From Harriotta raleighana (lineage: Eukaryota), in contig JBNZDD010013714.1 of assembly GCA_050575255.1 (NCBI GenBank), positions 1,777,613 through 1,841,612 of the forward strand: 64,000 bases of DNA. The letters are read 5' to 3'. This document shows positions 1 to 10,307 of this stretch, in pieces. How positions within the stretch are numbered: position 1 is the first letter of the stretch; the number at the start of each line of letters is the position of its first letter. The translations under genes and the position numbers were made by a program. The notes beneath the pieces are model-generated. The model was not told the DNA's origin and made no database searches. It saw nothing but the letters and a program-made list of their open reading frames with translations.

Positions 1-236
1 TTTTTCACTCAGCGAGTTGTTCGAATCTGGAATGCATTGCCTGAAAAGGTGGTGGAGGCTGATTCGATAACAACTTTTAAAAGGGAATTAGATCTTTATT
101 TAGGGAGAACAGGTCTATTAGGCTATGGGGAGCGAGCAGGGCAGTGGGATTAAATCGCTCTTTTCAAAGAGCCGGCACAGACTAGATGGGCCGAATGGCC
201 TCCTTTTGTGCCGTAAACTTCTATGAATCTATGAAT
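1..236 (+). mobile_element. CR1 LINE 3' end (ORF2 C-terminus, 3'UTR hairpin, octamer tail)
   Basis: Frame 1 reads FFTQRVVRIWNALPEKVVEADSITTFKRELDLYLGRTGLLGYGERAGQWD* (stop 151-153), a typical CR1 ORF2 C-terminus. It is followed by a GGGCCGAATGGCC hairpin and a (TCTATGAA)n tail. Confidence 0.9.
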
Positions 237-1016
237 AAATAATAACAGAATATTGTATCAGTACTTTTATTTATATTTAACTTCACAATCGCTGCCCTCA
301 CACAACCTATTAGTGCTTTACAGGTTAGACAAGAATCACTATGCGTGAGTTTTCATTAACATAATAACGATCGAGGTTAAAAAAAACACAATTTNNNNNN
401 NNNNNNNNNNNNNNNNNNNNNNNNNNNNNNNNNNNNNNNNNNNNNNNNNNNNNNNNNNNNNNNNNNNNNNNNNNNNNNNNNNNNNNNNNNNNNNNNNNNN
501 NNNNNNNNNNNNNNNNNNNNNNNNNNNNNNCTCTCTCAGTATGTGTGTGTCTCTGTCTCTTGTGTGTGTCTCTCTCTCTCTGTCCCTCTGTGTGTGTGTA
601 TATGTGTGTCTCCCCCTCTTTCCCTCTCTATCTGTGTTTCTCTGTGTGTCTCTCTGTCTATCAGTGTCTGTATGTATCTCCCTCCCTCTCTGTATCTAAG
701 TGTGTGTCTCTCTCTGTGTCTGTCTTTCTATCTCTGTGTGTGTGTGTGTGTCCCTCTCTATCTGTGTGTTTGTGTGACCCTCTTTCTCAAAGCTCAGAGC
801 CCAGAGCTCTGAGTCTCACCAGTTTAGACACGCCTAGTGGCCAACCGTGAGTACTACACTCGCGAGTTCTGCACTCGCTTGCAACAGTCCATTCATGAAA
901 CGGGTCATCATTATTCGCTGGATAACTCCCAGTTCAGCAAACCGGGACTTTTTTTTGAGATGGCGGTTGAACGGATATTCCGATTATTCGAGTCACGGAT
1001 AAACGGGGTTCTACTG
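237..1016 (+). mobile_element. Tigger/pogo-like (TcMar) MITE, family A; left part interrupted by CR1 and outside the window; internal CT/GT microsatellite
   Basis: Right TIR CGGATAAACGGGGTTCTACTG followed by TA. The body matches the copies at 14947 and 40299. Confidence 0.8.
395..530. other. Assembly gap (136 N)
   Basis: Run of N next to a low-complexity repeat. Confidence 1.
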
Positions 1017-2718
1017 TATATTGGGACGACATGTAGAGAGGAATTACAGTACATGTTTGTAGAATTGCTGAAAGAACCATTTTTATTCCTTTGGAGGTTC
1101 ACAGTCCAATCTAACAATTCAATACAATTTTTATTTTCATTTGGTATCCTGGGGAAAAAAAGATTCAAACCAAATGATCAAACACAGCACTATAGATCTA
1201 GTTCTATAGTACCTTTGCAGTCTTTGGCACTAGCTATTCTAAATTGTGGTGCAGGATTGATATTAATGCTATAGTACCAATAATTTAGGAATGGATTTCT
1301 TTACAAAATGTTTATGTTATGTTATGCAATAGTTCTATAAATCAATTAGACATGCAAATATTTTGCTCACATCAGCCTCTTACCCATTGAGAAAAATGTG
1401 GCGATGTTTTTAAATTCTGAACTTCAAACGTAAAGGCTCCATAGCAGTTTCACCAAACTTGTATTTTTCTCAAACAGCGATGAAGTAAATGCTGATTATT
1501 TTTCGCTCTTTGGAGGGATTGTTGGCCAGAACCCTGAGAGAGCACAAAGTTAGGTAATTGTAGAGATTCAGGGCATAAGTCTAAATAGTTATTTGTTTTT
1601 CTTTGAGACAATAAAATGTTTTAGACAAACAAGTTTTGAGAAACTATTAAGTATTTGCAATAAATAATGGTGGTTTAACTTTCACTACAACTATCCACAA
1701 GATAATATTAGCTTTGCTGAAATACAGTAAAATATTTTTTTGTTTTATTATATAAAACATAAAAGCAATAAACATCTGAAAACAACCATCGTAACTAGTA
1801 TCATATGAACTATAAACTCTTCAAATTGCTCATCGATGCAATAACTGTGAATTGATTTTTACATAGTAACATGTATACTCTGAAAACAAATTATGGTTGA
1901 ATGCACACCATTGAATGCAGTATTGCAGTGGTGTTTCAAAACTCTTTTGTTGATGTAATTGAATTTAGTTGTAAATTTGTGGAACAAGTTGTTACAGTGT
2001 TCCTTGGCATAAATTCCTCAATTGTTTTTCACAAAGCTTCTCTTAGCGGGCTAAATTGCTCTATTTACAGAGAAACTGCCAATTAAATGTAACCCTTGAA
2101 AGAGGCCATTGCCACTTTCTCATACAGAAGGAAGTGTGCAATCGAGCTGCTCCTGTAAGAGGAGTCAAAGTTTATACTTATTGGAAGCAAGGCACGTACC
2201 TACAAAATAGTCATTGTAAGGTAATTTGGTGTAGGGCTTTGAAATGTCCGCCTGATGTGGCAGGCAACGATTATTATTTTTAAATACAAACCCATATACT
2301 GTAAACTTGTACCCATGATGATAATATTACTCCTATGGGATCTTAACACACTGATGCAATACGTCTGGAGTGCTAAAATTGGTGTGCATGAAAAAGCCAT
2401 TGGAATTTTTTTTGTTTGTGATAAAGGTGATGTTGACTTTGTAGTTTGGCATGAAAGAGCTCTGTGATTCCCAGTCCCACAGATGGTATCTGGAATGAAA
2501 TTGATAGACAAACAACTTGAGTCCCCAAGCTCCAACACATTTTCCAGTATTTCTTATGCCATTATATTTTTGTTGCACCCTGTGACTGCACATTTCATTT
2601 CATAATAGCTAATAAAAATCCTGAATCAATACAGAGGAAATGCAGTAATATAACTAATGATGTATAGTATAACAACTGCCTTATGTTTCACAAGATTTTT
2701 TTTACTTGATAATCTATA

Positions 2719-3693
2719 AAGTTAACACTCATTGAACACGACTATTGATTGCGAATTCAAGCATACGCGACAAAACAAAAGCATCACTTCTTTGTGCAGC
2801 GCGCGGAAAACTTGTGAATACGGGCTGGCTGGGCCCGCGCAAATGCGCACGGGTGAAGACACCGATAGCTCCCGACTAACTCCGATGAATCCTCGGCTGG
2901 ATGGTCCCGCTCGCATGCGCATTTTTGATGAGGCCGACAGATCCCGACTAAAGACAATGATTCCTCGTCTGGCTAGCCCCCGCGCGCAATGCATTCCTGG
3001 GTAAATACAATAACACTTCGGCCTTGGAGAATCTTATTGCATTGCATGGTAAACAGAAGAGACAGAGAGAGAGACAGAATCCTACAGTAATGTAGCCTAA
3101 TCAACCTGTTGTTTTATTCCTTTTTAAAATTTCTTTACTGCTTTGTTATCGTTTTATTATAACAATACAGCGATAGCAAAGCCACTGTAACCTTTCTGTG
3201 TCTCCCGTCCCGACCGCCTGCGGCTCTCTGCCCCCCCCAGAAGCAGCTCTTTGCCCCCCACTTCTGCGAGCCCCCTCCCGCCACCTAGCAGCTCTCTGCC
3301 CCCTACCCGCCCCAGAGTCCCCCCTGCCCCCGAGCATCTCTCTGCTAATCCCCCCCCCCACCCGCCCGCACCTCTCCCCAATTCCCTCTGCCTCCCTCCC
3401 GGGCTACCCTGATTTGCCCATTTCCTGGGTGGTAGGAGAGATGAGAGCAGGAACAGTAGAGGGGCAGGGGGTAAGCAACTAGAGCGGGGAGAGGCAGGCA
3501 GAGTGGGCCAGCCAGCTGTAGCCCGCCTCAGTAGGTACCTTGCATCGGATGTGCTGGAGGCTTGAGGTGGGTAGCCTGCGATTGGATTCCCCTAACCCCC
3601 TTTTCCCATTTCTTCTTAAGGTTCTCCAACGCAATTTTATTGAGTGCGCAGTTTTCCAGGAACGTAATCCCCGTGATCGACGAGGGTTAACTG
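2719..3693. mobile_element. Tigger-like non-autonomous DNA transposon (family B), CpG-rich interior
   Basis: Imperfect TIRs AAGTTAACACTCATTGAACACG and (rc) CAGTTAACCCTCGTCGATCACG, flanked by TA and CA. Contains an internal 72-bp repeat and a C-rich tract. Confidence 0.6.
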
Positions 3694-4941
3694 CACTGAA
3701 ACACAGAACAGGGGTGGGGTGTACTTGTTTTGGTAGGGGAAGAGAAGAGAAAGATTTGAATTTAGGGCTATGATTAAAAATTGCAACAAAAAAACCCTCA
3801 CTTTCTTGAAACAATAAAAAAAAATTGCACTGCCCATTGACAGATAGATACATTGATAGATTCCCCAGAATTGTATGTTTTGGTGGTTGTCATGTTTTTT
3901 TGCCCCACCTTTTACTGTTACTAGGTGGATGAGAAAAGCCGGAAAGTTCTTTTATAATGTCTCATTGTTGTGTGGGTCATACACATTTGCATGCATTTTT
4001 TAAAATTTCATTTGCCCTTCTCTACACCCATTATAATTATTGATACAGGTTAGATTACAGTTTACAAGCAATTGTTTTACAGCCCTCTGCAAATTTCTGG
4101 TTTGCCTTGTTCTATTAGGTATCTTGAAAAACGCTTGGCATTGCAAGCCCTGCACAACCTTTCATATTCTGTACTAAAGCAAAATGCCTACAGTGCTTTC
4201 AAACTAGTCTGAGCTTGCAGGTTAGTTCTTAAGATTACCTAATAGGAGAAAAAAATGAACAAAAAGGTTTAGAAATCTGGGCATTGTGCGCTGTGGGCAG
4301 AGATTGTTGGTGCTGACCTACTTTAATTGGGTGCATGAAGTGTTGCTAGGATATTTTAAATGTTCATATATTGCTACCAGGTTAACCTATGTCTTGACAT
4401 ATGAAAGATTTACAGTTAATAAAGCATTATTAAAATTGAATTCAATAACAGACGTTTCTTTCCATTTTATTCTTCATTCACTTGTAAAATCAAAATGAAA
4501 GGCCTAATAAATGCAGTAGTATCCAAACAGAGGAGCTATAATTCTTTGAGGGATAATGAGTGTACAACAACAACAACCACAAAATTACGTTTATAGAGTT
4601 CCTTTCACGTTGGGAGGATGTCCCAAGGCGCTGAGTGTAATCTCTAAAGATGTGAACCCGTATACAAATGTAATTTTGTTGTTGTAAGTAGATTCAATAT
4701 AGTATATGCAAATTTGGCTGAAATTGGCTGTATTCACAGTGGGTGCTCTTATTTTCTTTGAAACCGAATAGATGCTGGAATGTACACTTAGTGAAGGAAA
4801 CATATTGCTCAGATACATACAATACAAGGTAATCTTAAAGTTGAATAAAACCAGAGGTCCTCATTCAGGCAGCCTGGTCAGTGTTGGCGTTTAATGTTTC
4901 ACTCAAGTTTGAGTCTCCAGTAACTTGCACATTTTGTGTTG

Positions 4942-5640
4942 ACTTGCCGCTCCATGACCAGCACAGCCTTCCATTACCTCCGCAACATTGCCAGAATCTG
5001 CCACTACCTCACCCCCCACGCCGCCAAAACCCTAATTCACGCTTTCATCACGTCCAAGCTTGACTATGGGAACTCTCTCCTCGCCGGCCTACCCAACTCC
5101 TCCCTTCACAGGCTGCAGATCATTCAGAATTCTGCAGCCCGTGTACTCTCCCGCACTAGACTCCGCAACCAAATCACTCCCACCCTCGCCCGCCTCCACT
5201 GGCTCCCCATCCCCCAGAGGGATCCTCGTCCTCACCTTCAAGGCCATTCATGGCCTTGCCCCTGCCTATCTCTGACCTGCTGTCTCCCTAGCCTGCAGGG
5301 AGCCTTCGTGCAGCAGACTCAGGCCTGCTCCGCATCCACCGCCCTCACCACCCAACCGTCGGTGGCCGGGCTTTCAACCTCTGCCCCCACACTTTAGAAT
5401 TCCATCCTGCAGTCCCTCTGCTTTGCTTCCTCCCTTTCCTCCTTCAAGGCCGGTCTCAAGACCTTCCTCTTCGACTGCGCCTTCGGTTTCCCCCAACCCT
5501 AAATCTTCCCACTGTCCTTCCCCCTCCCCCTATCCCCAATCCCCCCCTATGCTCGGGTCTCGACCTGACTGTTCAGCGCTTTGGGATGTCCTCCCGACGT
5601 GAAAGGCGCTATACAAGTGTAATTTTGTTGTTGTTGTTGT
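4942..5640 (+). mobile_element. L2-clade LINE 3' fragment (RT C-terminal region, frameshifted) with (TTG)n tail
   Basis: Translates AFHYLRNIARICHYLTPHAAKTLIHAFITSKLDYGNSLLAGLP...LQIIQNSAARVL...LHWLPI, the typical L2 ORF2 C-terminus. 3' stem-loop at 5575-5610. Confidence 0.9.
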
Positions 5641-5734
5641 ATTTTCAGTTTAGCTCTTGCCCACCTAGTGCCTATTATGTTAATATTTGTAACATTAATT
5701 TACTGCATTTTACTTAAGTTTTTTTGGTTTGAAT

Positions 5735-6651
5735 ACCAATGTTGATTAATGGTATTAAAAACAGTTAGTTTTGGAGTATGGTGAAGCTGAAATCATTTGT
5801 TCTTGCTGACATGCACATGCGCCTGTAAATTAAGATACCAATATAATTGTGAATGGAAATGAAATTGGAATTGAGATGTCCTCCCAAAGTGAAAGGTGCT
5901 ATACAAATGTAATTTTGTTGTTGTAAATTCAGGAGAATGAAAGATATATCTTGAGTATATCTCTAAAAATGTTATGTCCACTGTATGCTATGTTGGGAAA
6001 TATCTAGGAATATAATCCAAATGCTTTTGTCTGAGATAGGAAACCTTCTTGCATATGGAAGGCTTATTATGAGTGGACTTTGCAATGAATTTGCCTTTAG
6101 TTTCCATTAATCGCCATACGATTTTGTCCATACAATACCAAAGGGCATGAGAGCCCTGACCACTGTTGAGTCACAGTGCAAATGTGCAGAAGTTTCCCTG
6201 TAGGTAATTAGTTTGGTTTGAAAGGACACTTAATAGTACTTCATTACAAGTTATTTTGATCTTCTCTTTGCTATGTGCTTCCTTCCTCTTGTGTAAAATG
6301 GCTTATCCACTGATCTGCAACTTTTCATAACAAAAGTGCAATGATGGAGGTAAGTATTTCACATTGTGAATAATTCCCCCTCATGCTGAGTTCCTTGTGA
6401 AGGGAAATTGCCCTGACAGTGAACTGTGAATGAGTGATTGCTCATTGAAAATGCTTCTTAAAATGACCTTTTGGAAAACATAATAGAAAAAAATCTAAAC
6501 TGTGACCAATGTTGATGAAGTCATTAATGGTATTAAAAAACAGTTAGTTTCGGAGTATGGTGAAGCTGAAATCATTTGTTTTTGCTGACATGCACATGCG
6601 CCTGTAAATTAAGATTCCAATATAATTGTGAATGGAAATGAAATTAGAATT
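5735..6651 (+). repeat. ~140-bp near-identical direct duplication (5735-5872 and 6505-6651)
   Basis: Both copies read ACCAATGTTGAT...GGAGTATGGTGAAGCTGAAATCATTTG...GCACATGCGCCTGTAAATTAAG...GAAATT(G/A)GAATT, with a few substitutions and small indels. Confidence 0.9.
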
Positions 6652-6655
6652 AACT

Positions 6656-6798
6656 TGAGTTCTGACAAAGGGTTATGTACCCGAAACGTTGACTCACTTT
6701 TCTTTTCTCCACATATGATGCCTGGCCCACTGAGTGTTCCTAGCGACTTCTATTTTTGTTTCAGATTTCCAGTAACTGCAGCATTTTGCATTTTTGTT
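6656..6798 (+). mobile_element. Penelope-like element terminal fragment with minimal hammerhead motif
   Basis: TGAGTT-CTGACAA-A-GGGT-TATGT-ACCC-GAAA-CGTT-GACTCA followed by ...ATGCCTGGCCCACTGAGTGTTCC. Homologous to the copies at 25853 and 44366. Confidence 0.65.
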
Positions 6799-7019
6799 AA
6801 AAGACAGTAGTTTACTTTATTAATCATCCATCTTATGGGCCCTTGACTCACTTGAATTTGGCTCAGACTCTAGATTTATGGTGCCAGATTGTCCATTTTG
6901 AGATAAAGAGCCATGTTATCAATTAAACTTTCTGTTATTATAGCTAGAACTAATGCAGCAGCATATTTTATTGTTATAATGCCCTTTTCCCAATGCCAAC
7001 TATTACATTGCATAACCAA

Positions 7020-7205
7020 CCAATAATAATAATAATCCTATAATTCTTGCATTTGATATAGCATTTTTCTCATCTTCCAGATGTCTCAAAGCGCTTCATA
7101 GAATGTACTGCAAAGTGAATTGACTGTATACTTGTGCGTGAAACGTGGCAGCCAATGGCGCTCACCAGTGTCCCATAAACAGTCGTGGATTGAAATGAAC
7201 AATTT
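7020..7205 (-). mobile_element. tRNA-derived SINE, 3' part
   Basis: (AAT)n tail plus CTTGCATTTGATATAGC...TCTCAAAGCGCTTCA...GGATTGAAATGA, shared with the other copies. Confidence 0.8.
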
Positions 7206-7404
7206 TTTTTCTTTAATGTTTATTATCAATAGATATTGTCTTGATAAGCTTGTTTCTTTTCACTTGTTACAAGCAGTACATTTTAAACCCAATTTGGAGA
7301 TTACTGAACCATTCGTATTCACCTTAATTTAAAACATTTAAAATGTCAATTTATTTATAATATTAAATACAAGATACTTCATAAGGTACTGGATAAACAA
7401 CAAG

Positions 7405-7725
7405 TGGAGTCGGATGAGGATCGGGGTGATATGGTCACAAAGCCTAATGCAGGAGAGGACACAGGCCGCAGAGTTCTGGTTGATCTGCAACATGTGAAGG
7501 AGCAGTTGAGGAAGCCGATAAGCAAGGAGTTTGTATCGTCTAGCCTGGATGTTATGAATGCACGTATGAGAGTTTTGGTGCTTGGAGGTGTGAGACAGTG
7601 GCAGTGTTATGGAAGTGGGGGAAGGCAGACCAGGTCACGGCACCAATGTGAGATAGAAAGGATAGTTGAGGGATGATCAAGACACCAAGGTTACAGATTG
7701 GCTTAGTGAGATGGAATGTGTATCC
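7405..7725 (-). mobile_element. Degenerate L2 fragment
   Basis: The reverse strand resembles the 4942-5640 L2 region (NLGV and SRLD-like motifs). Confidence 0.6.
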
Positions 7726-7760
7726 ATGGATCAGTTTTGCCTCCTCATAATGCAATACGA

Positions 7761-7934
7761 GTGCCACTTCTTTAAACTCCAGAACTTCAATATTAGCAGA
7801 AAAATTCTACTAACTGAAATTAATGTCTTAATTGAATGTGGACATTATGCCAGCATTCAATTAAGACATTAATTTCTGTAAGTAGAATTGTTCTGCTAAT
7901 ATTGAAGTTTTAAAATAGTTTTAATAAGTAGCAC
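7761..7934. repeat. Long imperfect palindrome (hairpin MITE-like)
   Basis: 56-bp arms at 7783-7838 and 7854-7909 with 3 mismatches. Looser outer arms GTGCCACTTCTTTAAACT / AGTTTTAATAAGTAGCAC. Confidence 0.85.
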
Positions 7935-9540
7935 CAAAATATATGCTACCAATGATCTGTTAATTACCGGTTTCATTGGATGTAGCCAGTAGCATTTTTA
8001 TATCTTGAAATGGTGGAGTTGTCTGTCTGTTACATTTAAGTGATCTGTTAGAAATCTGAAATGTTGTCTATTGAAATATTGACAATACCTTATTGGTGTC
8101 AGATTTCATTTTGAAACATGGGGGAAAGTCTATTTTGCGATTGCCGTAAGTTCTTTCTGTAAATAGGTTAATTAGCTTATTGTGCTTTTGTGATTAATGA
8201 CCTATAATTGGATTGTCAAATGCTGATGTATGGTAATCAGTTTATTCTTTTAATTTGAACTGGTTGATTAAAGGCTGATGGTAATCAGTTCAACAAAAGA
8301 AACTTTTTTTTTACTTTGCTTTTACATGGGGCTCTCTATGTCACATTAAGCAAATTTACTTTAAATATTTGTGATCTAATACAGTGCACATTTGAGCATC
8401 AAAAGTCCAATATGTCAGTTTCCTCAAATGTTTTGAATTTGGATAGAGATAATGCTGATTTAATCTTGTATCAAATCATTTTTCAAGATTGTAAAATGCT
8501 TTGAGATGTCCTCTTGGTGTGAAACGTGCTATATCAACTGAAAGTCTTATTATTTTTAATTTACTGTTGTAGTTGGAGTAAATTCCAAAGAAGAATGTTT
8601 CCAAAGAAGAAGGAGAATCTCCATTATAATGTGCTTCCTTCTAAGGCATGTTAGCTTCCATAATGTAATTGGTGTGAGAAACTGACATTTTTTCTTACCT
8701 CAAAATCCAATTGTGGCGTCCAACGGCTGAATACATTGTGCTTGAAATATTGTTCTCATATCTTAGCACTTGAAATATTTGAAACACAAGGACATGTTTT
8801 GAAGTGTGATAATGCAATTTCAAGTGCGATGGGGGCTGATAGAACCATCCAACTTTCTGCTCATATTTTTCTGAGACATGAACACTTGAGCAGCTACCAC
8901 TCTTAATCACACCTTATTATCAGGTAGGTTGGAATTTGCTGGATACCAACTCCCACATTCTGATGGGTTTCTACTGTAATAAGTTATGAGCATTCTTTGT
9001 TTTACACAATAGCTTGGGACGTTCTCCGAACGTGAAAGGCAATATACAATTATAATTTGTTGTTGTTAAGTGTATTGCTTGTTTGATAACAAACATGTTG
9101 CTGACTTATCTTCAATCAGGTGCTTTTGCTCGCCTTTATTCTGAACTACCACCAGAAAATAAATTCTTAAAGGTTACAATTATAGTTGATTTCAATATGG
9201 CTTTTAATATTCTAGCAGTCAGTGCTTACGTTCAACTTCTATTACTGCTTTGAAGTTGTGGCAGATGAAAATAGCTTTAAAAGCCTTTCATGTGAATTTC
9301 TTAATGCAGCTAGCCTCTTATGATTTAGTGAATGGGATATAAAGAGGTCAATGGGTTACAAACAGACATTACCCATCCCAGCAGTTTCATTTGCATCAGT
9401 TTTACATGCCAAAATCTTATTCATCCTTGAGCTGAAAGTAAATACATCCTCAAGCAAAAGCCATACGAGTATCATTGGAGAGAAAACAAACAGCTGATAT
9501 GTTTGTTATTCACTGATTTGCCCTATATTTTTTTTTGCAG

Positions 9541-9636
9541 GTTTCAAGTGCCCAATATGTTCAAAATCTGTGGCTTCCGACGAGATGGAGATGCACTTTA
9601 TAATGTGTCTCAGCAAACCACGACTCTCGTACAACG
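9541..9636 (+). CDS. ZNRF1: E3 ubiquitin ligase ZNRF1, zinc-finger exon (probable exon 2; first exon lies upstream of the window)
   Basis: tttttgcAG|...|GTact, 96 bp, phase 1/1. Encodes (G)FKCPICSKSVASDEMEMHFIMCLSKPRLSYN, which matches vertebrate ZNRF1 as I recall it. Confidence 0.96.
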
Positions 9637-10140
9637 GTACTGTATACATCTCTTTTTTACTTAAACTGTTTGTTGACTTCCTTAAACAAAATTAACATTA
9701 TTAGCGGTGCTTTGGCAGTGCATGCTTTGCCATTTACAATTCCACAGTATGCTTTGTCATGCTCACAGTTATGAATTAATGAATTAACTGGTCTACAAAA
9801 TGCTCAGGGCTAAAGCATTCCATTGGTTTGTGAGCCAGCGCTCCCGTTTAGATCAGGCTTTTGGCTCAGATTTTGGTAATCAGTAAGTAGCGTTATTTGG
9901 CATTTCCTTGCATTATGAAATGCCCAGAAATGAAAACCAGATGCTGAATATTTCATTATCAAGAAATCTCAGATTTCCAGACTTGGCAAAGGGGTATATT
10001 AAAAGTGGGTACACACTCTACAACTATTTCTAGAGACTGTATTAGCAAAGCTTGCTTACCAAGTTTCAATCCCAATTCTCTCTTGATATGCTGGTGCTCA
10101 GTATTTTAGAATTTCTGTATTTTTTTCTTTGTACAAAGCT

Positions 10141-10307
10141 GGTGAGGTCCAGATCACATGACGATTGATCGGGTTGGTCAAATCCAGATTATATGTTGAT
10201 TGATCAGGCAGATCAAGTTCAAATCACATGACGGTTGATTAGACAGGTCAACGTCACATCACATAGTGATTGATCAGGCTGGTCAAGTTCAGGTCATAGT
10301 GTGATTC
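10141..10307. repeat. Degenerate 35-bp minisatellite, ~4.8 units
   Basis: Consensus ~GGTCAAGTCCAGATCACATGACGATTGATCAGGCT, with units starting at 10141, 10176, 10211, 10246 and 10281. Confidence 0.85.

Noticed and set aside
543-850. Cys/Val/Ser/Leu-rich ORFs (also 15309-15731, 19307-19824, 40486-40953)
   Set aside because: Translations of CT/GT microsatellites inside MITEs, not proteins.
4936-5397. 153-aa ORF
   Set aside because: Frameshifted L2 reverse-transcriptase remnant, not a host gene.
9120-9172. Possible cassette exon with branch point and AG upstream of the zinc-finger exon
   Set aside because: Weak donor (GTTACA), 53 nt and frame-breaking, with no other support.
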